NCBI GenBank assembly: GCA_036490435.1
Contig: DASXDW010000206.1
Span: forward strand, 92-64,091
Origin: Solirubrobacteraceae bacterium
GTDB lineage: Bacteria; Actinomycetota; Thermoleophilia; Solirubrobacterales; Solirubrobacteraceae
Direction of reading: 5' to 3'
DNA: 64,000 nt
In this document: positions 51,073 through 63,100 of the stretch, one piece after another
Layout: each line of letters begins with the position of its first letter
How positions within the stretch are numbered: position 1 is the first letter of the stretch
The notes under the pieces: model-generated
Told to the model about the DNA's origin: nothing
Databases searched by the model: none
What the model saw: the letters and a program-made list of their open reading frames with translations, nothing else
Translations under genes and position numbers: made by a program

Positions 51073-51102
51073 CTCCAAGTAAACTTATAAGTTTACTTAG
51101 AG
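51073..51102. repeat. AT-rich palindrome (perfect 22-bp core)
   Basis: AAGTAAACTTATAAGTTTACTT at 51077-51098, flanked by CTC/GAG. Confidence 0.75.
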
Positions 51103-51107
51103 TGGGC

Positions 51108-51854
51108 TCAGACCTGGCAGGCGGGGCACCAGTACGTGGTGCGCCCGCCGACGGTGGCGCGGCTGAGGCTGTGGCCGTCGCGCGGACAGTGCCCCTCGCG
51201 CCCGCGGGCGGGGATGAACGCCCCGGTGTGCACGCCGCCCTTGCGGATCGCTGAGCGCACCGCGCCGCGCAGCTCGCGCCGCAGCCGATCAAGCTCCTCG
51301 TCGGTGAGGCTTCCCGTGTCACGCATGGGCGCGATCCGCGCCTGCCACAGAGCCTGATCGGCAAGCAGGTTGCCCACGCCCGACATCGCCCCCTGGTTGA
51401 GCAGCCGGGCCTTGACCGCGGTGTGGCCGGCACCAACGATCCGGCGAAACTCGTCGCGGCTCACATCGGCGGCGTCGGGGCCGACGTGGCTGAAATCGGG
51501 GTTGAGCACCGCGCGCCCCAGCCGGCGCTTGTCTCGCAGCGCCATCCGGGTCCCGTCGTCGAACTCCACGGCGAAGCGGTCCCATCGCGACACGTCCTCC
51601 CCGTCGTCGACGACGATCCGGCCCGCCATGCCGAGGTGCAGGCCCAGCACCGGGCCCTCATCGGTCTCCAGCCACAGGAACTTTCCGCGGCGGTGAGCGG
51701 CGGCGAACGTGTGGCCGACCAGCCCGGCGGCGATCTCCCCCGGCGCGTGCGGGCGCGACACGTAGGTGTCGTCGTCGTTGACGCGGGCGATCCGCCGGCC
51801 CAGGATCGATTCCAGCGTCCCGCGGGCGCGTTCCGCTTCTGGTAGTTCGGGCAT
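51108..51854 (-). CDS. Fpg/Nei family DNA glycosylase/AP lyase
   Basis: N-term PELPE, RRGKFL, HLGMAG, H2TH GVGNLLAD, zinc finger CPRD...CPAC. Confidence 0.92.
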   Translation of the reverse strand: MPELPEAERARGTLESILGRRIARVNDDDTYVSRPHAPGEIAAGLVGHTFAAAHRRGKFLWLETDEGPVLGLHLGMAGRIVVDDGEDVSRWDRFAVEFDDGTRMALRDKRRLGRAVLNPDFSHVGPDAADVSRDEFRRIVGAGHTAVKARLLNQGAMSGVGNLLADQALWQARIAPMRDTGSLTDEELDRLRRELRGAVRSAIRKGGVHTGAFIPARGREGHCPRDGHSLSRATVGGRTTYWCPACQV

Positions 51855-51946
51855 GGGCACAGCGGAGGCTAGTGCCCTGACGCCCCCAGACTGGCATCGA
51901 ATGAGTGCTTCGGGGCACTACGGTCTAGGCTCAGAGCGAAGCGGCC

Positions 51947-52540
51947 ATGAGCAACTCCATCCAACGCCATCCTCTCGGCCTGAGCTGGATCGAGACATCG
52001 GGCATGCGCCGCGCCGCGCACGCGCTGCGCGCCGACGGCCGCGTCTGGCTCATCGACCCCTTCGAGGACGACGTCGCGCTGAGTGCCGCCACCGAGCTCG
52101 GCACGCCGGCCGGGGTCATCCAGCTGCTGGACCGCCACAACCGCCAGTGCGGGCCGATCGCCCAGCGCCTGGAGGTGCCCCTGCTGCGTCTGCCCGCGGA
52201 GGTGGGAGACAGCCCCTTCGAGGTCATCCCCGTCATCTCCCGGCCGTGGTGGCGTGAGGTGGCGCTGTGGTGGGAGGCGGAACGCGCTCTGGTCGTGGCC
52301 GAGGCGCTCGGGACCGTTCCCGCGTTCGCGCTGGGCCGCCAGGTCGGCGTGCACCCCATGCTGCGCCTGCGCCCGCCGCGGGGGCCGCTGACCGCCCGCT
52401 CACCTGAGCGGCTGCTTGTCGGGCACGGCGCTGCGCTGGACTCTGGCGCGACTGCGGCGATCCGCGATGCCCTGTCGGGCTCGCTGGCTGACATCCCGCA
52501 ACTGGTGCTGAAGCTGCCCTCGCTGGTCCGCGGCACGTAG
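51947..52540 (+). CDS. Hypothetical protein, degenerate MBL-like fold
   Basis: VWLIDP, LDRHNR, LLVGHG. Confidence 0.6.
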   Translation: MSNSIQRHPLGLSWIETSGMRRAAHALRADGRVWLIDPFEDDVALSAATELGTPAGVIQLLDRHNRQCGPIAQRLEVPLLRLPAEVGDSPFEVIPVISRPWWREVALWWEAERALVVAEALGTVPAFALGRQVGVHPMLRLRPPRGPLTARSPERLLVGHGAALDSGATAAIRDALSGSLADIPQLVLKLPSLVRGT

Positions 52541-52711
52541 GTCCGATGCCGGACGCCGGCCGTAACGGTGTCAACGATCCGTCGTACCTGGGTAGGACCT
52601 AGAAGGCTTAACGCAATGAAAACTGACGCCGTTTTTACATCCACCGCCGAAGGTCATGGCGTTCACGACCGCAGCCGACGTTCCGCCCGTTCGGGTGCAA
52701 TGATCGACCCC

Positions 52712-54064
52712 ATGCGGGCTCGCGAGCCGCTCGCGGTCACACAGCACAGCGGCACGTTGGAGCTGACCGCGACGGGCTCACGCGCGCCCGGACGCGTGTC
52801 GACGCCTGCGGGCTGGATCGGGCTGGCCGGCCTGCTGATCACGGCGCTGCTGATCTCGCTCTCGGCGGCGCACACGCAGCTGCTGTTGCCCCAGTCGCTG
52901 CGCCAGAGCCTCGGTGGCCTCGCCGGCGTCTTCGGCCACGTCGGCCTCGACATCGGCCTGCCCGGTCTGATCGCGGCGCTGGTCGGAATGTTCGTGTCCT
53001 ACGCCGTCGCGCTGCGCGCGGCCAAGTACCTGTCGCGCCGCGCGGTGCTGGTGAGCATCGCAGCGCTCAACGCGCTCGTGCTCGTCGCGCCGCCGCTGCT
53101 CTCCACCGATCTGTTCAGCTACATCGCCTACGGGCGGCTGGGCGGGACCTATGGGATCAACCCGTACCTCTACGGCCCCAACGTCATCTCGTTTGACCCG
53201 CTCTATCACCTCGTCGGGCTGCAGTGGACGCACACGCCGACCGCCTACGGGCCGCTGTTCACCGCGCTCAGCTATCCCCTGGCCGGCCTGAACATCGCCA
53301 CCAACGTCTTCGCCTACAAGGGGATCGCCGCGCTCTCGCTGCTGGCGGTGGTGGTGCTCGTCTGGCACGCCGCCCAGCTGCGCGGCATCGACCCGGTCAA
53401 GGCGGTCGCGCTGGTCGGCCTCAACCCCGTGATCGTCGTCTACGGGGTCGGCGGCGGCCACAACGACCTGTTGATGCTCGCGCTCCTGATGGCCGGCGTG
53501 TACGTCCTGCTGCGCCAGCGCGAGGGGGCTGGCGGAGCGATGATCATGGCCGCCACCGCCGTCAAGCTCACGGCGGGAATGCTGTTGCCCTTTGCCCTCG
53601 CCGCCAGTGCGGGGCGCCGCGTGGCCACCTCCGGACGCGCACGGATCCTCGGCGGCGCGGCGGTCGCCGCGGCCGCGTTCGGCGCCCTGGGCCTGGTCAT
53701 GTTCGGCTCAGGCACCCTGCACCTCGTCGGGACGCTCTCCAATATCCAGGGCCAGGGCGGCATCCACAGCATCCCCGGGTGGATCCTCAACGCCGTCGGC
53801 CTCAAAGGACTCGAGGCCCCCGTCAGCGCCGTGCTGCACGTCGGCTACGCGATCAGCGTCGCGTGGCTGATGTGGCGCGTGTGGATCGGCGAGATGGACT
53901 GGATCACCGCCGCGGGCTGGGCCACCGTGGGGCTGCTGGTCTCCGCCGGGCTGCTGATGCCGTGGTACATCGCCTGGCTGATCCCGCTGGCGGCGCTGAG
54001 CTCTGACCGGCGGCTGTGGCTGACCGCGATCGCGCTCACCAGCCTCGGGCTCACCTCGCTGTAA
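52712..54064 (+). CDS. Polyprenol-phosphomannose-dependent mannosyltransferase (MptA/B-like, GT-C)
   Basis: PLLSTDLFSYIAYG, TPTAYGPLF, LNP...GGGHND, PWY; multi-TM; start uncertain. Confidence 0.82.
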   Translation: MRAREPLAVTQHSGTLELTATGSRAPGRVSTPAGWIGLAGLLITALLISLSAAHTQLLLPQSLRQSLGGLAGVFGHVGLDIGLPGLIAALVGMFVSYAVALRAAKYLSRRAVLVSIAALNALVLVAPPLLSTDLFSYIAYGRLGGTYGINPYLYGPNVISFDPLYHLVGLQWTHTPTAYGPLFTALSYPLAGLNIATNVFAYKGIAALSLLAVVVLVWHAAQLRGIDPVKAVALVGLNPVIVVYGVGGGHNDLLMLALLMAGVYVLLRQREGAGGAMIMAATAVKLTAGMLLPFALAASAGRRVATSGRARILGGAAVAAAAFGALGLVMFGSGTLHLVGTLSNIQGQGGIHSIPGWILNAVGLKGLEAPVSAVLHVGYAISVAWLMWRVWIGEMDWITAAGWATVGLLVSAGLLMPWYIAWLIPLAALSSDRRLWLTAIALTSLGLTSL

Positions 54065-54071
54065 GGCCAGC

Positions 54072-54093
54072 GGCGCCCCCGCGAGGGGGCGCC
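54072..54093. terminator. Bidirectional hairpin terminator
   Basis: GGCGCCCCC-GCGA-GGGGGCGCC between convergent genes. Confidence 0.7.
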
Positions 54094-54100
54094 CCGTTCT

Positions 54101-55090
<990 letters not shown>

Positions 55091-55157
55091 CAGGTGAGCT
55101 CCAATCGAAGTCGGGTGTCCCCTTCACCATAGGAACGGCGTGTCACGATGTGAGTGA

Positions 55158-56129
55158 ATGGCGACGGCGAAGAGCGATGCGATCGAGCTCGAGGTCGGCG
55201 AGCGCACGGTGCGGATCTCCAACCCCGACCGCGTCTACTTCAGTGCTCGGGGCGAGACCAAGCTCGACCTCGCGAAGTACTACATGAGCGTCGGCGACGG
55301 GATCGTCAGGGCGCTGCGCGAGCGGCCGTGCATGCTGCACCGCTTCCCGTCGGGCGTCGACGGCAAGAAGGTGCACCAGAAGCGCGTCCCCAAGGGCGCC
55401 CCGCCGTGGCTCGAGACCGTCCGCATCACTTTCCCGCGTTTTAACCGCACCGCCGACGAGCTGTGCGTCACCGAACTGGCCAGCGTCATCTGGGCGGTGC
55501 AGATGTCGACGGTGGAGTTCCATCCCTGGAACTCGCGCCGCGCTGACGTGGAGCACCCCGACGAGTGGCGCATCGACCTTGACCCAATGCCCGACTGCCC
55601 GCTTGACCGCGTGCGCCGCGTCGCCCGTATCGCCCACGAGGTCCTGGACGAGATCGGCGCGGTCGGCTGGCCCAAGACCTCCGGCGGCCATGGCATCCAC
55701 ATCTACGTGCGCATCAGGCCTGAGCATGGCTTCGGCGACGTGCGCCGCGCCGCCCTGGCCTTCGCCCGCGAGGTGGAGCGCCGCGCCCCTGACGACGCCA
55801 CCACCACCTGGTGGCGCAAGGATCGCGAGCCCGACAAGGTGTTCGTCGACTACAACCAGAACGCCCGCGACCACACGATCGCGTCGGCCTATTCGGTGCG
55901 CGGCAAGGTCGAGGGGACCGTGTCGGCGCCGATCACGTGGGACGAGGTCGACGACGTGGAGCCCCAGGACCTCACGATCGCCAGCATGCCCGCCCGGTTC
56001 GCCCGGCTCGGCGACCTCCACGCCGGCATCGACGACGCCGTCTTCTCGCTCGAGCCGCTGCTGGAGTGGGCCCAGCGCGACGAGCGAGCCGGCGAAGCGG
56101 CGCCGCCCGAGCCCGACGACGCGGACTGA
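55158..56129 (+). CDS. Stand-alone LigD-type primase-polymerase (Prim-PolC-like)
   Basis: ISNPDRVYF, RIDLDP, KTSGGHGIH, VFVDYNQNARD.TIASAYSVR. Confidence 0.88.
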   Translation: MATAKSDAIELEVGERTVRISNPDRVYFSARGETKLDLAKYYMSVGDGIVRALRERPCMLHRFPSGVDGKKVHQKRVPKGAPPWLETVRITFPRFNRTADELCVTELASVIWAVQMSTVEFHPWNSRRADVEHPDEWRIDLDPMPDCPLDRVRRVARIAHEVLDEIGAVGWPKTSGGHGIHIYVRIRPEHGFGDVRRAALAFAREVERRAPDDATTTWWRKDREPDKVFVDYNQNARDHTIASAYSVRGKVEGTVSAPITWDEVDDVEPQDLTIASMPARFARLGDLHAGIDDAVFSLEPLLEWAQRDERAGEAAPPEPDDAD

Positions 56130-56132
56130 GGA

Positions 56133-56555
56133 CTACCCGCCGGCGGCCGACCAGCCGCTCCAGCGCGAAACGTCCACCGCCAGGACGACGCCCACGGCCC
56201 GCTGCTGCGGGTGCTTTACCCGCAGCATCTCCACCGCCCGCCCCGCCTCGACGTCCGACGCGGGATCGAGCACCCGCCCCCGGCCCTCGGCGCGCACCCA
56301 CCACAGCGCGTCCCAGTCGGAGTCGTCGTAGTGGTCGGCGAGCAACGCCACGAACGGGTTCTCGGCCACGTTGCGCAGGCGCCTGAGCGCGGTGGTGCGC
56401 TTCGGTTTGGCGTCCACGACGGTGTACACCGTGTCACCGTCGACGGCAAAGACGACCGGCACGAGGTGCGGCCGGCCCTCGGCATCGGCTGTGGCCAGCC
56501 GCGCCACCCGCGCCGCGGCGAACCGCTCCCGAGCCTCCGCGGCGGAGAAGCTCAC
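56133..56555 (-). CDS. PPOX-class F420-dependent oxidoreductase (Rv0121-like)
   Basis: VARLAT...PHLVPVVFA...VDAKPK...LRRLRN..ENP...DHY.D.W..LWWVR. Confidence 0.85.
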   Translation of the reverse strand: MSFSAAEARERFAAARVARLATADAEGRPHLVPVVFAVDGDTVYTVVDAKPKRTTALRRLRNVAENPFVALLADHYDDSDWDALWWVRAEGRGRVLDPASDVEAGRAVEMLRVKHPQQRAVGVVLAVDVSRWSGWSAAGG

Positions 56556-57382
56556 CCCTCGCCCGTCACCTCGGCGATCGCGGCCTCCCAGCGCTCAAAG
56601 CCCCGCTCGACCACCGACCGGTTCCCCGACGGGACCCAGTGCACCACCCGCCGGCATCCGGCCTGCAGGCAGCGCTCGATCTCAGAGGGGTCGGCGTGCA
56701 GGCCCATGGCCATCATGTCGATCGGGCGGTCGGCGCGGGCCCGCAGCGCCGCCATGCGCTCGAGCACGCCGTCGCCCCAATTGGGGAACCAGGCGTCGCC
56801 GAAGGCCAGCACGCGGTCCTCGACGGTCGGTCCGTTGCCGCCGACGAGCACCGGCGGGTGGGGCCGCTGGGCGGGCTTGGGCCAGGACCAGATGCGATCG
56901 AAGGAGACGAACTCCCCGTGATAGCTGGCCTCATCCTGGGTCCAGATCGCCTTCATCGCCTCGATGCGCTCCTTGAAGAGGCGCATGCGGGTGCGCGGAT
57001 CGGTGCCGTGGTTGGCCATCTCCTCCCGGTTCCAGCCGGCGCCCACCCCGAACTCAAGGCGTCCGCCGGACAACCGGTCCACCGAGGCGACCTCCTTGGC
57101 GGTCGTGATCGGGTCGCGCTCGATGACCAGGCAGATGCCGCTGCCGATACGCAGGCTCGACGTGGCCTGCGCGGCGGCGGTGAGGGCGACGAACAAGTCG
57201 TAGGTGTGGATGTATTTGCGCGGCAGGTCCCCGCCACCCGGGTACTCCGACTCCCGGCTGGCGGGGATGTGCGTGTGCTCGGCGAAGAAGAGCGACTCGT
57301 GGCCGCGCTCCTCGGCCAGGCGCGCGATCTCGCCGGGGCTGACCGCGTCGTGCGTGGGGAAGTAGCCGATTCCGAATTCCAT
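56552..57382 (-). CDS. LLM-class F420-dependent oxidoreductase
   Basis: AEHTHIPASR, RDPITTAKEVASVD, GVGAGWNREE. Confidence 0.88.
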   Translation of the reverse strand: MEFGIGYFPTHDAVSPGEIARLAEERGHESLFFAEHTHIPASRESEYPGGGDLPRKYIHTYDLFVALTAAAQATSSLRIGSGICLVIERDPITTAKEVASVDRLSGGRLEFGVGAGWNREEMANHGTDPRTRMRLFKERIEAMKAIWTQDEASYHGEFVSFDRIWSWPKPAQRPHPPVLVGGNGPTVEDRVLAFGDAWFPNWGDGVLERMAALRARADRPIDMMAMGLHADPSEIERCLQAGCRRVVHWVPSGNRSVVERGFERWEAAIAEVTGEG

Positions 57383-57402
57383 GCGGGCGAGTCTAGGTGC
57401 GG

Positions 57403-58116
57403 TCAGGCGCGGAAGTACTCGGCCGGTGTCATTCCCGTCTCGCGCCGGAAGGCCGCCACGAACGCGCTCGGAGATTCATAGCCCGCGCGATCAGACGCGC
57501 TGGCTACCGAGCCACCCTCGGCCAGCGTGGGCAGCGCAGCCTGCAGCCGCAATTGCGTGCGCCAGCGGCCGAACGACACCCCGGTCTCGGCCAGGAAGAC
57601 GCGGGCCAGGGTGCGCTCGCCGGCTCCCACTTCGTGCCCCCACTGTCCGAGGGTGCGCCGGGACGCCGGGTCGCGCACGAGGGCGGTGGCGACGTCCAGC
57701 GCACGCGGATCGCGCGGCATGCGTAGCTCGATCGTCGCCACCCGCAACGGCTCGAGCAGGTCGATGACCACCGCCTCGGCACCTGCTCGCCGCTCGTGAT
57801 CTGACGCGGCCTCCCCCAGGTGCGCGATGAGCTCAGCCAGGAGGCTGCCGACTGCGACCGGGGTCGGCGTCGGCCAGTCCACCGCGCACCGATCCGGGTC
57901 CAGGTAGACGGTTTGCATCGTCGCCGCGCCGCTGGCTCGCGTCACGTGACGCACGCCGGCGGGGATCCACAGGGCCCGCGTCGGCGGGAGCACCCACGTC
58001 GCCTCGTCGGTGTGGACGGTGAGGACGCCGCGCGTGGCCCAGGCGAGCTGGTGATCGTCATGGGCGTGGCGATCAAACGTCGTGCCCGCGACCATCGGGA
58101 ACGTCTTGACCACCAT
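57403..58116 (-). CDS. AraC-family regulator with cupin domain
   Basis: HAHDDHQL, ALWIPAGVRH, ERTLARVF, GYESPSAFVAAFRR. Confidence 0.9.
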   Translation of the reverse strand: MVVKTFPMVAGTTFDRHAHDDHQLAWATRGVLTVHTDEATWVLPPTRALWIPAGVRHVTRASGAATMQTVYLDPDRCAVDWPTPTPVAVGSLLAELIAHLGEAASDHERRAGAEAVVIDLLEPLRVATIELRMPRDPRALDVATALVRDPASRRTLGQWGHEVGAGERTLARVFLAETGVSFGRWRTQLRLQAALPTLAEGGSVASASDRAGYESPSAFVAAFRRETGMTPAEYFRA

Positions 58117-58222
58117 GGCGTCGCCCCCGGTGCGCGTCGCCGATTCACGTTGTCCGTCTGACGACACAGGTTGGCAGGCTACGCCCTTGGCGGCGCCCCG
58201 CGGGGGTGGAAGCATCGATCCC

Positions 58223-58795
58223 ATGAACGAGAACCACGATCGCGTCTGCCCCTCCCCCGAGTGGGCGGAATACCTGCAATCCGAGGTGCTTCCTCAGGTC
58301 GTCGACGGCGTGCAGCTCGGCGCGAAGATGCTCGAGATCGGCCCCGGACCGGGCGCATCGACCGACTGGCTGCGCCACCGCGTCGACCATCTCATCGCCC
58401 TCGAGCTCGAGGAGGCCGCGGCCGCGAAGCTCGCCGAGCGGTTCGCCGACGCCGACAACGTCGAGGTCCACACCGGCGACGCCACACAGATCCCGTGGCC
58501 GGCGGACTCCTTTGACTCGGTGGGCTGCTTCACGATGCTCCACCACGTCCCGACGATCGCCCTGCAGAACCGGGTCCTGTCCGAGATCCACCGGGTCCTG
58601 CGCCCCGGCGGGACGCTGGTCGGCTCAGACAGCGTCCACAGCGTCGATCTTCACCATTTCCACGAGGGCGACGTCTACAACCCGATCGAGCCCGGAACCC
58701 TGTTCACGCGCCTGCAGACGATCGGCTTTGACTACATCACGGTTACCGTGCAGTGGGGCGTCCATTTTCGCGCCCGCAAGCCGCCCGCCGATTAG
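58223..58795 (+). CDS. Class I SAM-dependent methyltransferase
   Basis: LEIGPGPG, GDATQIP, MLHHVP, RVLRPGG. Confidence 0.9.
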   Translation: MNENHDRVCPSPEWAEYLQSEVLPQVVDGVQLGAKMLEIGPGPGASTDWLRHRVDHLIALELEEAAAAKLAERFADADNVEVHTGDATQIPWPADSFDSVGCFTMLHHVPTIALQNRVLSEIHRVLRPGGTLVGSDSVHSVDLHHFHEGDVYNPIEPGTLFTRLQTIGFDYITVTVQWGVHFRARKPPAD

Positions 58796-58805
58796 TGGAG
58801 GCCCA

Positions 58806-60167
58806 CTAGGCGGACACCCGCAGGTCGTCGGCCCAGCCGATGGTGTCGTGCACCGGCGCGAGCACGATCCCCGCGCGCGACGCCGGTGCGGCGCCGCCGG
58901 GCTCATCCATCTGGCGCACCCCCGGGACGAGCAGCGCGGCGAAGGTGACCACTGCGCCGAGCACGCCGGCGCCGACGAGCGTGGTGCGCAGCCCCAGCGC
59001 GGCGCTCACGGGACCGGTGATGGCGAAGGACACCGGCAGCAGTCCGATGGAGATCAGCCAGTCCAGGCTGGAGACGCGCCCGAGCAACTCCGTCGGCACA
59101 AGGCGCTGCTTGGTCGTGGCCCACGCGATCGTGCCCGCGGTCTCGAGGCTGTTGAAGGCGACGCTGGCGATCATCAGGCCCCACAGCTGGCTCGACAGGC
59201 CATAACCCGCGATGGCCAGTGTTGCCAGCGTCCAGCAGACGTACATGAAGGTGAGCGCGCGCCGCGGGAGGCCGCGCTGGCCGATAACGATGGCGCACAG
59301 GAGCGACCCGAGCCCGCCCGCCGCAAAGACGAGGCCGAGCGCGCCCGCCCCGTCCGACAGCCGGTTCTTGACCACAAACGGGAGCAGGACCTCGGTGGGC
59401 CCCATGAACAGGAGGTACGCGATCGCCGCGCTGACCAGCGTGGCCCACAGCCAGGCGTGGCTGCGCACGTACCGAAGGCCCGCTGCAACCTCGCGCCGCA
59501 CCGAGGGTGCCGCGCCGTCGGTCGTGTCAACTCTCCGGCGCGCCGGCGACATCGCCAACAGCGTCATGGCGGAGACCACGAACGACGCGGCGTCGAGTCC
59601 GAACGACCACCCGACCCCGACCAGGCCGATGACCACCCCGCCGACCGCCGGGCCGGCGAGGCGCAGGGCCAGCGGGCGGATGAGCTGGTCCAGCGAGTTG
59701 GCCTGGGCCAGCGCGTCAGACGGCAGCAGCTCGGGCACGAGGGCGTCCGAGGCGGGGTCAAAGAATGCCGTGGCCGCGCCGTACACCACCGCAACCCCCA
59801 TGAGCTCCCACAGGGTCAGCGCGCCCGTCACCGACAGGAAGGCCAGGACTGCCAGGCCGATCGCGCGCACGGCGTCGGCGCACAGCATGACCAGCCGGCG
59901 GTCGTAGCGATCCGACACCGCGCCGCCGAGCAGGAGGCAGGCGATGGTGGGGATCGTCATCGCGATGCCGACGCTGGCCAGCGCGGTGGGCGCGTTCGAG
60001 AGCGCGTAGACCTGCCAGGCCAGGGCGACGAGGAACAGCCCGTCGCCCAGCAGCGACACACTCATTCCGCCGACGAGGAGGCGGTAGTCGCGGTGGGCCA
60101 GCGGCGCGAACAGGCGGACGCGGTCAAAGCCGCCCACCCGGTCCAGGCCTTCGTAGCTGTGCTGCAT
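58806..60167 (-). CDS. MFS transporter (MFS_3/efflux-like)
   Basis: 12 TM; GGAVSDRYDRR motif A; LLGRVSS. Confidence 0.9.
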   Translation of the reverse strand: MQHSYEGLDRVGGFDRVRLFAPLAHRDYRLLVGGMSVSLLGDGLFLVALAWQVYALSNAPTALASVGIAMTIPTIACLLLGGAVSDRYDRRLVMLCADAVRAIGLAVLAFLSVTGALTLWELMGVAVVYGAATAFFDPASDALVPELLPSDALAQANSLDQLIRPLALRLAGPAVGGVVIGLVGVGWSFGLDAASFVVSAMTLLAMSPARRRVDTTDGAAPSVRREVAAGLRYVRSHAWLWATLVSAAIAYLLFMGPTEVLLPFVVKNRLSDGAGALGLVFAAGGLGSLLCAIVIGQRGLPRRALTFMYVCWTLATLAIAGYGLSSQLWGLMIASVAFNSLETAGTIAWATTKQRLVPTELLGRVSSLDWLISIGLLPVSFAITGPVSAALGLRTTLVGAGVLGAVVTFAALLVPGVRQMDEPGGAAPASRAGIVLAPVHDTIGWADDLRVSA

Positions 60168-60184
60168 GGCCGAGCCCCCCGGGC

Positions 60185-63100
60185 TCAGGTGGCCGCGGGA
60201 ACCGCCGTGCCGTCGGTCTCGCCGGCCCGTTCGTCCAGGTAGCTGAGCAGGTCGCCGGGCACCATGGGGCGCGCGAAGTAGAAGCCCTGACCGGTCTCGC
60301 ACCCGAGCTCACGCAGGGTGGTCGACTGCTCGGGGTACTCGATGCCCTCGGCGACGACCTCGAGGTCGAAGGTCTCGCCCAGGCGGAGCACCGCGGAGGC
60401 CAGGCCCGAGGTCACCGGGGAGGCGCCGGCGGCGAGCAGCGAACGGTCCATCTTGAGGATGTCGAGCGGGAAGCGGCTGAGGTAGCTGAGCGACGAGTAC
60501 CCGGTGCCGAAGTCGTCCATGGCCAGACGGATCCCCAGCTCGCGCAGCTCGGTGAGGCGCTTCACCGCGGTGTCGATGTCGGTCATCATCACCGACTCGG
60601 TGATCTCCAGGGTCAGCGCGGTCGGATCGAGGTCGGCGTCGGCGAGCGCGTCGCGGACATCGGCCACGATGTCAGACTGGAAGAGCTGCTTGACCGAGAG
60701 ATTGATCCCGATGCCCGGCCGGACCGGTGCGGTGGTCTGGTCGCGGAAGAGCTTGGCCTGACGGCACCCCTCGCGCAGGACCCAGCGGCCGATCGGGACG
60801 ATGAGCCCGCTCTCCTCGGCAAAGGGGATGAAGTCCAAGGGCGCGATCAGCCCGCGCGTGGGGTGCGACCAGCGCAGCAGCGCCTCGACGCTGGTGACCG
60901 CGCCGTCGCGCAGGCGGACGAGCGGCTGGTAGTGCAGCTCGAACTCGTCGCGCTCGAGCGCACGCTGGAGGTCGCCGCGCAGCTCCAGGCGCGCCATGAC
61001 CTGCTCGTGCATGGCGGGCTCGAACACGCGGTAGCCCCCCTTGCCCTCCCCCTTGGCGATGTACATGGCCGCGTCGGCGTTGCGGATGAGCTCGTCGGCG
61101 TCGGTCGGGTTGCCCGGCTCGGCCACCGAGATACCCAGGCTGGCGCGGATGACGATGTCATTGTGGTCGAGCTGAAGCGGACGACCCAGCGCCTCCAGGA
61201 TCCGCTCCGCGGTCTCGGCGGCGTGCTGCAGATCGTCGACGTCCTCCAGCAGGATCGCGAACTCGTCGCCGCCGAAGCGGGCGGCGGTGTCGGCGGCGCG
61301 GATGCTGGCGGAGATCCGCTGGGCCACCTCGATCAGCACCTGATCGCCGGCGGCGTGGCCGAGGCTGTCGTTGACGGTCTTGAAATCGTCGAGGTCGACG
61401 AAGACGACGGACATCCCGATGCCCTCGCGCAGCGCGCGGGCGACGGCGTGGCGGACGCGCTCGTTGAACAGCGCGCGGTTGGCCAGGTGGGTGACCGGAT
61501 CGTGGAAGGCCTGGTGGGCGAGCTGCTCCTCGAACTCCTTGCGCTCCGAGACGTCGCGGCCGTTGAGGACGATCCCGCGGACGGCGTCGTCGTCGAGCAG
61601 GTTGGAGTGCAGGATCTCGAAGTAGCGCAGCTCCCCGTCCTTGGTCTGCAGCAGGCAATCGATCGCCTCGGGACGACCGTTGAGGCCGGCGCCGTCGGAG
61701 AGGCGGCGCAGCAGGCGCCCCTGCTCCTCGGGGTGCAGCAGCGACTCGAACGAGCGGCCGATGACCTCGTCGGCGGTGTAGCCGAGGACCCGTTCGATCG
61801 ACGGGCTCTGGTAGGCGATCGTATTGTCGGCGCGCAGGACGGTGATGAGGTCGGTGGCGTTGGCGACCAGGGTCGAGAACCGCGCCTCCGACGCCTGGCG
61901 GTGGACCTCCTCAGACAGCTCGGCGCTGCCCAGCGCCATCGCCACCTGGTGGGCGAGGGTCCGCATCGCGTAGCGGGTGTCGGCGTCGCCGCACGGCGCC
62001 CCGGCCACGACGAACATCAGCCGCGAGTCACTGGCGTCCCCCTGGCGCAGCTCCAGGCCGAGGACGGGATCCTCCCCGATGGGCAGGCGCAGCTGCTGGC
62101 GCGCGTAGGCCGGCAGCATGGCCACACCGCGTACGTCTGACTCCTGGACCAGCGCTGCGACCTCGCCGGAGACGGTCCAGTCCGACAGACCGCCGCGCTC
62201 ATTGATAGCGAGCACGCCGACGCTCTCGCCGCTGATCCGGCACAGGCGGGCGTCGACGTGATCGCCGCCGAGCTCGACGACGGCCTGGAGCGCGGCGATG
62301 ACGATCTCGTTGCGGTCGGTGGCGCCGACCAGGAGCCCGCCAGCTGCGGTCAGCGCCTGCTCGCGCAACGCGGCCTTCTCGCGCTGGCGGACGAGGCCGG
62401 CCATCCGGCCCACCACCAGGCAGAAGAGGACCACCGAAGCGCCGATCAGGACCACTGCGTCCCAGTCGTTGTGCGGGAGTGTGCGGGTGAGCTCGAGGAT
62501 GGGCGCGATGAGCGTGGCGCCGGCGAGCAGGACGAGGCGCAGCCCGGTCAGGCGCGACTCGCGCCCGGTCTCCACGTCGGAGAGCTCCACCATCGACGGA
62601 TGGAGCGCCGCCGCGCCCCACAGTAGGTAGAAGAAGATCCAGCCGGCATCCAGCCACAGCTGATGGTTGTAGGTCCCGTTCAGGGTGAGGATGCCGTAGA
62701 CAAAGTCGGTGAGCAGCAGAGTGACGATGCTGGCGATCAGCAGGTAGAAGCTCGGGCGGCGCTTGCCGGCGTCCACGGCGAGGCGGATGGCCGCGGCCAG
62801 GAGGATGAGGTCGCCTGTCGGATACGCGATCGAGACGAGCTTGGGGATGAGGCTCATCGTGCCGTCGTGGATGTAGGGCGCGATGAGGAAGAGGAAGGAG
62901 ACGAGGCTCAGGCCCACGCTCATGATCACCGCGTCGATGAGCCCCGGGCCGTCGGCGGCGCGCTGGTTGCGGCGCCGGACCAGCAACAGCAGGCCGATCA
63001 TCAGCACCGGGTACACGCCGATGTACATGGCGTCGCCGGGCGACGGGAACGGAACGTCGGCGTGGAACAGTTTGGGATAGCTGTAGGTGTAGACGTCGCC

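Noticed and set aside
52541-52700. Lower-GC spacer before the mannosyltransferase, considered as riboswitch
   Set aside because: No recognisable aptamer consensus or terminator
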